Part shown: positions 58,172 through 64,000 of the stretch, one piece after another
Layout: the number at the start of each line of letters is the position of its first letter
How positions within the stretch are numbered: position 1 is the stretch's first letter
From: Bifidobacterium breve
GTDB lineage: Bacteria > Actinomycetota > Actinomycetes > Nanopelagicales > Nanopelagicaceae
Assembly: GCA_945889195.1 (NCBI GenBank)
Contig: CAMDBB010000007.1
Coordinates: 12,818 to 76,817, forward strand
Length of the DNA stretch: 64,000 bases
Direction: 5' to 3'
Translations under genes and position numbers: made by a program
Notes under the pieces: model-generated
What the model was told of the DNA's origin: nothing
The model's database searches: none
The model's input: the letters and a program-made list of their open reading frames with translations, nothing else

Positions 58172-59377
58172 TCAAATCTTGATAAGAACTCGCCAATGTT
58201 TGCGATAAGGGAAAAGGGAAAGAACTGATATTAGAAGTGCAATTACTGGAACGATGAAAGATTTACCTGCACCATAGTTATCGATGATGTATCCCGAAAT
58301 TGGACCCGGAAGTGCGTTTCCGATCTGCAGACCTGCGAGTATCCAGGCGAAAGTTTCCGTAATCTTTGCGGGAGAAACGGATTTTTCAACGATTGCATAA
58401 CCAGAAATGAGTATTGGTGCGACACCGAGGCCGCTAAAGAAAAGCACTATGCCAAGGAGTAATATGGATTTTACGAAAAGAAGTGGAATTGTTAAGAAAA
58501 ACATCGCAATCATCAAATAGATAAATTTCTGACCATTGGTTATCTTGAGTCTAATTGCCCCATTTATGAGTGCGGCAACAGCACTACCAGCTGACCAAAT
58601 TGCTAAAAGTATTCCAGTCGAACCCTTAGCATCGAGTTGATCTGCAAACGCAATTGTGCTTAATGTTGCGGATGCGAAGAATACTCCAAGGAAAATGTAG
58701 GGTAAGAAAACCGCCTGAACATAGGGAATCGCAAGAACTGCGGTCCTCTTCTCGCTTTTAACTTTTGGATGAGGTGGTGGTTCGCTTCTCTTCTGCAAAA
58801 TGTATAGCCCGGTACCTACGCTCATAAATGAAAACGCAAAATACATTCCAGCTTGTGGTGCAATTGAAATTGCTGCAGCAGATGCTATTAAGGGACCAAT
58901 AATAAACACTATTTCATCAACAAGTGCTTCAAAGGAGTACGCAGTGTTGATGAGTTGACGACCATCTTCTTTGTCTTCCAGTGTATGCAGCCAACGTCGC
59001 CGTACCAGTCCACCGATATTGGGCAAGAATGCCTCGGCAATGAAAATGCAGCCCATCCAAATTATTATGGGGAAGTTGTGAGTGATTGTATATATAAAAA
59101 GTAGACCGAAAATTATGTATGGAGGAATTGTGAAACGTAAAACCTTAGCTTGGCCAAGCTGATCAGCTTTTCGGGACCAGACTGGGGAAAAAGCGGCGTT
59201 AGTTAACGCTGCCCCAGTCGAGATTACCCCCGCCAATGTATATGAGTCCGTTTCGTAAAGCACAATAAAAGTGACTGATAAGAAAGTCATGGAGATAGGT
59301 AAACGTGCCACTAATCCAGGAATCGAGAATGCGAGTCCGCCTGGCGTTGCAAAAAGTTCACGATACGGAGTCAGCAT
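58172..59377 (-). CDS. MFS transporter
   Basis: 401 aa with about 12 TM segments. Confidence 0.85.
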   Translation of the reverse strand: MLTPYRELFATPGGLAFSIPGLVARLPISMTFLSVTFIVLYETDSYTLAGVISTGAALTNAAFSPVWSRKADQLGQAKVLRFTIPPYIIFGLLFIYTITHNFPIIIWMGCIFIAEAFLPNIGGLVRRRWLHTLEDKEDGRQLINTAYSFEALVDEIVFIIGPLIASAAAISIAPQAGMYFAFSFMSVGTGLYILQKRSEPPPHPKVKSEKRTAVLAIPYVQAVFLPYIFLGVFFASATLSTIAFADQLDAKGSTGILLAIWSAGSAVAALINGAIRLKITNGQKFIYLMIAMFFLTIPLLFVKSILLLGIVLFFSGLGVAPILISGYAIVEKSVSPAKITETFAWILAGLQIGNALPGPISGYIIDNYGAGKSFIVPVIALLISVLSLFPYRKHWRVLIKI

Positions 59378-59498
59378 GGGGAAACTGTAATGGTATTGGA
59401 GTCATAAAAGGTTTAATTCTCTGAACAATTAGTCTAAAATCAAATATGACTGAGTTACTCCGATTTTTTGTAAACACTGATCCCGTTCAGGAAAGAGC

Positions 59499-60464
59499 AT
59501 GATGCAAAGTACTAAGCAAGACGTTAAATTGTATTTACTAGTTGACGGTGGAAAAACTAAGACCGAAGCAGTAATTGTCGATTCAAATGGATCAGAAATT
59601 GCGAAAAGTCGTGGGCCTGGTTTAGAAATAATTGGAAGCGTCGATGGCTACGAGCGTGTTGTTGATAGTTTGCGCACAACATTTGACCAACTTCCACAAA
59701 CCACACGATTTGCTGGGGTTGCATTTGGCTTAAACGGTGCTCAGGCAGCACCGTCTTATCATCTTGCCGCTAAAGCAATCTCATCATTGGTAAAAGCTGA
59801 TCAATTTACGATTGCCAGTGATGTCGTAATGAATTATCTAGGCGCACTTGGAAATCAACCTGGCGTAGTCGTTGCGGCAGGAACTGGCGCTGTGGTGATG
59901 GCAATTTCAAGAGAAGGCGTTGCGTATCGAATTGATGGCGATGGCCCACTAATTGCAGATCGTGGAAGCGGACACGACATTGGTCGACAAGGGTTAAAGA
60001 TCGCAGCAATGGTTGATGATGGGCTACCCGGGTCAGCTGCACTTCATAAAGCGATGATTGAACGTTTCGGCACGCTGGAAAACACTGCAGCTAGCGTTTA
60101 TGGAGCACCAAACCCCATCGAGGTAGTTGCCTCTTTCAGTAAGAGTGTTGTAGATGCCGCACAAGAGGGCGATGAAATGTCTATCGAGATTCTGCGCTGT
60201 GCCGCTCAAGATCTAGCCATGAATGTGCAAGCTGCCGCTCGACGTTCCAAGCTGGCAGGAGCGCCATTTTCCTATTCTACGGCCGGCGGAGTCTTTAACA
60301 TCGGGCCACTTATAGAAAAACCGTTCCACGATTTTGTAGCTCAATTTCTTCCCGAGGCCAAGTTTCAAAAACCTATAGGTGGGGCTATTGCAGGTGCCCA
60401 AATCATGGCTATGAATCAAGCGCCAGGGTTAGAGCAGGTAACCACTCGAATTGGCGCAAACTAG
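59499..60464 (+). CDS. BadF/BadG/BcrA/BcrD-type ATPase (N-acetylglucosamine-kinase-like)
   Basis: 321 aa with LLVDGGKTKT N-terminal phosphate motif and GTGA. ASKHA fold. Confidence 0.8.
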   Translation: MMQSTKQDVKLYLLVDGGKTKTEAVIVDSNGSEIAKSRGPGLEIIGSVDGYERVVDSLRTTFDQLPQTTRFAGVAFGLNGAQAAPSYHLAAKAISSLVKADQFTIASDVVMNYLGALGNQPGVVVAAGTGAVVMAISREGVAYRIDGDGPLIADRGSGHDIGRQGLKIAAMVDDGLPGSAALHKAMIERFGTLENTAASVYGAPNPIEVVASFSKSVVDAAQEGDEMSIEILRCAAQDLAMNVQAAARRSKLAGAPFSYSTAGGVFNIGPLIEKPFHDFVAQFLPEAKFQKPIGGAIAGAQIMAMNQAPGLEQVTTRIGAN

Positions 60465-60467
60465 TTA

Positions 60468-60495
60468 GGTATACCAGTTTCATATATGGTCTAGA
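60468..60495 (+). promoter_or_regulatory. candidate GntR/HutC (DasR/NagR-like) operator pair upstream of the sugar ABC operon
   Basis: The sequence is GGTATACCAGT-N8-TGGTCTAGA. It contains the perfect palindrome GGTATACC, and TGGTCTAGA equals the first 9 nt of the TGGTCTAGACCA dre core as I recall it. Confidence 0.3.
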
Positions 60496-60606
60496 AAAAC
60501 GTTAGTGCTTTGTAACTATAAATGATTGACTTTAGTGAAGCCCAATGGAAGATTTCATTTTGCAAAAGTTTTGGAAGTTCCGACAAACTACTGTGATTGG
60601 GTGAAA

Positions 60607-61887
60607 ATGAAAATTAGAAGTAAAAGTTTAGTTTTTGCACTGAGTGTTTCTTTACTTGTTCCTGCATCACTGATTACAACATCAGCTATGGCAGCAACAA
60701 CAACTCTAACAATTGATTCATGGCGTACGGATGATGCGAAGATTTGGAAAGATGTTTTGATTCCAATTTACGAAAAAGCTAATCCAAACGTAAAACTTGT
60801 ATTCGCACCAACCCCTTCAAACGAATATGACTCTGCGCTTTCTTTGCGGATGAAGAGCAAGACTGCGGCCGATGTAGTTATGTGCCGTCCATATGGTTTG
60901 ACTAAGGCTCTCATAAAGGACAAGCATTTAACTCCTATAACTGGCTTACCTGGGCTACAAAATTTCACAAAGCAATCGCAGCAATCTTGGGCAGACGCTA
61001 AGGGTGTTCCATATTGCATGCCAGTAGCCTCAGTAGGTGCAGGCTTCTACTACAATAAAAATATCTTTAAGGAATTGAATTTAACTGTTCCTAAGACGCA
61101 GAAAGAATTTATTGCAGTACTTAAGAAGATCAAGAAAAATGGAAAGTACACACCGCTTGTGGCGACTGGTTTATCAGCAGATTCTTGGGCACTGGATCAA
61201 TTGGGTCTTCAATTAGTGGGACCTTATTACTGGAAAGGTGATGCCGGTGGAGTTGCTCTTGACAACGGCACAAGAAAAGTTACTGATCCAGAGTACGTTG
61301 CTGCATTTGAAGCACTAGCTTCATGGAAGCCATATCTCCCTAAAGCATTCTCATCTGTTTCCTACTCAGATGCTGAGCAGCTATTCATTCTTGGTCGTGC
61401 TGCAGTTGCAGTTGACGGCTCATGGAGTGTAAAAGAAATGGCCCCACCAGGATCAAATGTTGGCGTGTTTGGTGCTCCAGTAGCTAAAGCCGGTGACAAG
61501 CCATATGTTCAGGTTCTTGCCGACTTCGGCTTTGGAATCAACTCTGCAAGCCCACATCAAGTCGAAGCTAAAAAACTTCTAACTTGGTTTTCAACTAAGG
61601 AGTTTGGACAGGCACTTGCCAATAACTTACCTGGATTCTTCCCATTGAGTAAGGAGAAGATTTCAATTGACAACAAAACAGCACAGGCCTGGCTTAACTT
61701 GCGTGATGGAGCGATCGTTACAGCTCCAATCGGCATGGATAAGATGAATACCGGTACACCTAACTGGTTCTCAGTCACAACTAATCTTTTGAATGTGATG
61801 ATGACTACGAAGATGACCGGAAAACAGGCAGCGGCTGAACTACAAAAGTCGTTGGAATCCTGGTATCCACCACAGAAAAAGAAGTAA
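60607..61887 (+). CDS. ABC transporter sugar-binding protein (family 1 SBP)
   Basis: I start it at ATG 60607 (MKIRSKSLVFALSVSLLVPASLITTSAMA signal peptide). The remainder is typical of carbohydrate SBPs. Confidence 0.88.
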   Translation: MKIRSKSLVFALSVSLLVPASLITTSAMAATTTLTIDSWRTDDAKIWKDVLIPIYEKANPNVKLVFAPTPSNEYDSALSLRMKSKTAADVVMCRPYGLTKALIKDKHLTPITGLPGLQNFTKQSQQSWADAKGVPYCMPVASVGAGFYYNKNIFKELNLTVPKTQKEFIAVLKKIKKNGKYTPLVATGLSADSWALDQLGLQLVGPYYWKGDAGGVALDNGTRKVTDPEYVAAFEALASWKPYLPKAFSSVSYSDAEQLFILGRAAVAVDGSWSVKEMAPPGSNVGVFGAPVAKAGDKPYVQVLADFGFGINSASPHQVEAKKLLTWFSTKEFGQALANNLPGFFPLSKEKISIDNKTAQAWLNLRDGAIVTAPIGMDKMNTGTPNWFSVTTNLLNVMMTTKMTGKQAAAELQKSLESWYPPQKKK

Positions 61888-61895
61888 GTGATGTC

Positions 61896-61940
61896 GGTGC
61901 TCAGACCCATAGTGGGTCTGAGCACCTTCACCTTTCGATT
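61896..61940 (+). terminator. strong hairpin (13-bp perfect stem) plus T-rich tail after the SBP gene
   Basis: GGTGCTCAGACCC-ATAGT-GGGTCTGAGCACC followed by TTCACCTTTCGATTT. It is probably a partial terminator or mRNA stabiliser between the SBP and permease genes. Confidence 0.65.
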
Positions 61941-61966
61941 TATTGCTAATTTAACTGGGGGAGTAC

Positions 61967-62848
61967 TTGAAATCTAAAACATTAGTGCGTAGGCGCCGCC
62001 GGCAACTGTTGCTGTTTACTGCCCCGGCCCTTGCCTTTTTTCTGCTTTTTGCAGTTTTTCCATTACTCTCAACGATCTACATCAGTTTCTACCAAGAAGA
62101 TGTATTTGTTGGTCTAAAAAACTTTGTTTTCCTGTTTACGGATGATGAAGCAAGCGAAAGACTCCTTTTCGCATTTCTGCATAACTGTCAATTTTTCTTG
62201 ATTGCCGCATCGGTACAACTTCCAACGGCTCTATTAATGGCAGCCCTCTTGACCTCGGGTCGAGTTAGGCGAATGACCAGTTTTTATCGCACATTGCTAT
62301 TTATCCCAACGACCCTGTCTGTTGTAATTGTTGGTTTCATTTGGCGAATAATCATTAGCCCACTGTGGGGGATAGTTGACTATCCATTGTTGGGTGAAAA
62401 ACTTACTGCACTTCCGACAATCACCCTGATGTCGGTCTGGCAATATCTTGGAATCCCGATGGTTTTTCTATACAGCGCGCTACTTTCAATTCCAAGCAAT
62501 ATCATCGAAGCTGCTCAAGTGGATGGTGCATCAGATATCAGAATTTTCTTTCGAATTAAAATGCCACTAATTGCTCCACAAATTGGGATTATTACAATTT
62601 TAACTTTTATCTGGGTCTTTAATGCTTTTGACATCATTTATGCCTTAAATGGTGGAATGCCTGGTCCGGACTATGCAACTGATGTCCTGGGCACAATGTT
62701 CTACCGGACTTTCTTTGGCTGGGGTGCTGACCTAGGAAACCAGAATCTAGGCGCTGCAACAGCGACTGTTATATTCTTCATTATTCTGTTGGGCACAGCA
62801 GCATATTTTGCGGTTGTGCAACGCCGTTTGAAAGTGAGTCAGTTATGA
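61967..62848 (+). CDS. carbohydrate ABC transporter permease (MalF-like)
   Basis: 293 aa with 6 TM segments and the EAA-type loop (IEAAQVDGAS). TTG start with GGGGGAG SD. Confidence 0.9.
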   Translation: MKSKTLVRRRRRQLLLFTAPALAFFLLFAVFPLLSTIYISFYQEDVFVGLKNFVFLFTDDEASERLLFAFLHNCQFFLIAASVQLPTALLMAALLTSGRVRRMTSFYRTLLFIPTTLSVVIVGFIWRIIISPLWGIVDYPLLGEKLTALPTITLMSVWQYLGIPMVFLYSALLSIPSNIIEAAQVDGASDIRIFFRIKMPLIAPQIGIITILTFIWVFNAFDIIYALNGGMPGPDYATDVLGTMFYRTFFGWGADLGNQNLGAATATVIFFIILLGTAAYFAVVQRRLKVSQL

Positions 62849-63690
62849 TGAACAAAGATGGCAGAGTTCAAACTCAATCAAAAAATCTCGTAGTCCATGT
62901 ATCTTTGCTATTTTTTGTGTTACTTGCAATTGGTCCAATATTTGTAATGGTCATAAATTCATTTAAAACTATGGAAGGTATTTTTACTGGACCACTAAAG
63001 CTTCCGAGTTCTGAGACCTTGACCTTAGATGGATTTAAACGTGCGATCACACAAGGAAACTTTCTTAGAAATTATGCAAATAGCACTATTGTCACCTTAG
63101 GAGCTACGTTATTAACGGTTATTTGCTCCTGCTTGGCCGCTTATGGAATAACTGAATACACCACAAAACTTTCAAAAATGATTGCTGGTCTATTTACCAT
63201 AGGCATCATGTTGCCAGTTTCGCTAGGAACTATTGTAATTATTAAGATGATGGTATGGCTTAATATTTTAAATACTCATATATCACTCATTCTTGTTTAT
63301 GTAGGAATCTTTGTACCGCTAGGTGTAATTTTAATGGTTACCAATTTTCGAACAGTTTCTAATGATCTAAAGGAAGCAGCACGCATTGATGGCGCAAATG
63401 AGTTCAAGACCTTCCTGATAGTTGTTCCACTGGTTATGCCAGGTGTTGCTGCGGTGGCTGCGATCACAATGCTGCCTGTTTGGAATGACTTATGGTTCCC
63501 ACTAGTCCTCACTGCGGGACCAAAAACTCAGACATTAACGTTGGGCATCCAGCAATTTGTTGGTACTTACAACAATGATTGGCAGGCGCTGATTGCCTCC
63601 TTAGTGCTTGGCGCAATTCCGCTGATTCTGTTATTTACTCTTTTCTCAAAGCAATTTATAAAAGGTCTTTCAGATGGGTACGGCAAGTAA
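62845..63690 (+). CDS. carbohydrate ABC transporter permease (MalG-like)
   Basis: 281 aa with the EAA loop (EAARIDGANEF). 4-nt overlap with the upstream permease. Confidence 0.9.
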   Translation: MMNKDGRVQTQSKNLVVHVSLLFFVLLAIGPIFVMVINSFKTMEGIFTGPLKLPSSETLTLDGFKRAITQGNFLRNYANSTIVTLGATLLTVICSCLAAYGITEYTTKLSKMIAGLFTIGIMLPVSLGTIVIIKMMVWLNILNTHISLILVYVGIFVPLGVILMVTNFRTVSNDLKEAARIDGANEFKTFLIVVPLVMPGVAAVAAITMLPVWNDLWFPLVLTAGPKTQTLTLGIQQFVGTYNNDWQALIASLVLGAIPLILLFTLFSKQFIKGLSDGYGK

Positions 63691-63725
63691 GGATTTCGGG
63701 TTACCAATCTAATAAGGGAGTACAC

Positions 63726-64000
63726 ATGAAGGTCGATAGAGTTGAAGATATTGATTCAGTTTTGATAGCTGAATTAATTGCCCATCTTGGATTAGATGCC
63801 GTGAATCGACAAGTCCCCGAGATTAAAATGGCAGCGAAGCTGATTTTTGATGCCGTTAACGGTGGCGGAAATGTTTTTACTTTTGGCGCCGGCCATGCAC
63901 AAGCTCTGGCAATGGAGTTTTCAAGTCGAGCGGGTGGTTTGGCTATATTTCAATCAATGCATCTACAGGATATCCGCCAAGAGCCCCGAGATGCATTCTG
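63726..64000 (+). CDS. SIS-domain (UPF0309-type sugar isomerase-like) protein, N-terminal part; cut by window edge
   Basis: My translation from ATG 63726 (AAGGGAG SD) is MKVDRVEDIDS..AAKLIFDAVNGGGNVFTFGAGHAQALAMEFSSRAGGLA. Confidence 0.7.
   Translation, partial: MKVDRVEDIDSVLIAELIAHLGLDAVNRQVPEIKMAAKLIFDAVNGGGNVFTFGAGHAQALAMEFSSRAGGLAIFQSMHLQDIRQEPRDAF

Overview
The window reads as a gene-dense, streamlined actinobacterial chromosome segment. That placement is inference from protein similarity and from gene order resembling the Mycobacterium/Corynebacterium acs-nth-crp, ask-asd and SRP RNA-dnaX-recR neighbourhoods. GC is about 50% by my hand counts of single 60-nt lines.

Content, left to right:
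- A contiguous minus-strand purine cluster, purM-purF-(SCP-like)-purL-purQ-purS-purC-purB-purD-purA, followed by fba.
- acs, then a cvpA-tlpA-nth operon opposite crp, then RidA, DUF4177 and YqeY.
- A metallophosphoesterase, gmd-fcl, asd-ask, and recR-dnaX with the SRP RNA.
- tRNA-Ser(GGA), followed by an AT-rich 2.1-kb islet.
- gabD-like dehydrogenase, an APC permease fused to an OB-fold domain, tadA and its partner gene, upp, malic enzyme, DedA, a DMT transporter and an ABC-F ATPase.
- kynU-kynA, a glycosyltransferase, a class III aminotransferase, a ROK kinase and an ABM protein.
- An FtsH-like protease with a coupled lipoprotein, an SDR, tRNA-Arg, guaB1, a secreted 5'-nucleotidase, fprA, a P-loop kinase, manA and araD-araB.
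- A decayed spacer, then an ADH, an MFS transporter and a sugar ABC cluster with a BadF-type kinase and a SIS protein.

The best candidate for something undescribed is the islet at 25299..27434. It starts directly after tRNA-Ser. A degenerate copy of the tRNA 3' end splits it in two. Each half carries a two-gene cassette: a variable first gene plus a 166-aa protein. The two 166-aa proteins are divergent paralogues of a family I cannot place. There is no integrase.

Secondary observations:
- A degenerate tRNA-Ser(GCU)-like element abutting araB, next to a decayed rhodanese-like fragment.
- The permease-OB fusion.
- The FtsH-like/lipoprotein pair.
- The in-frame lysC-beta start.
- An unannotated small ORF upstream of fba.
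- A GntR/DasR-like operator candidate.

I saw no CRISPR array, IS element, rRNA or prophage structural genes. Everything here comes from reading the sequence; no searches were run.
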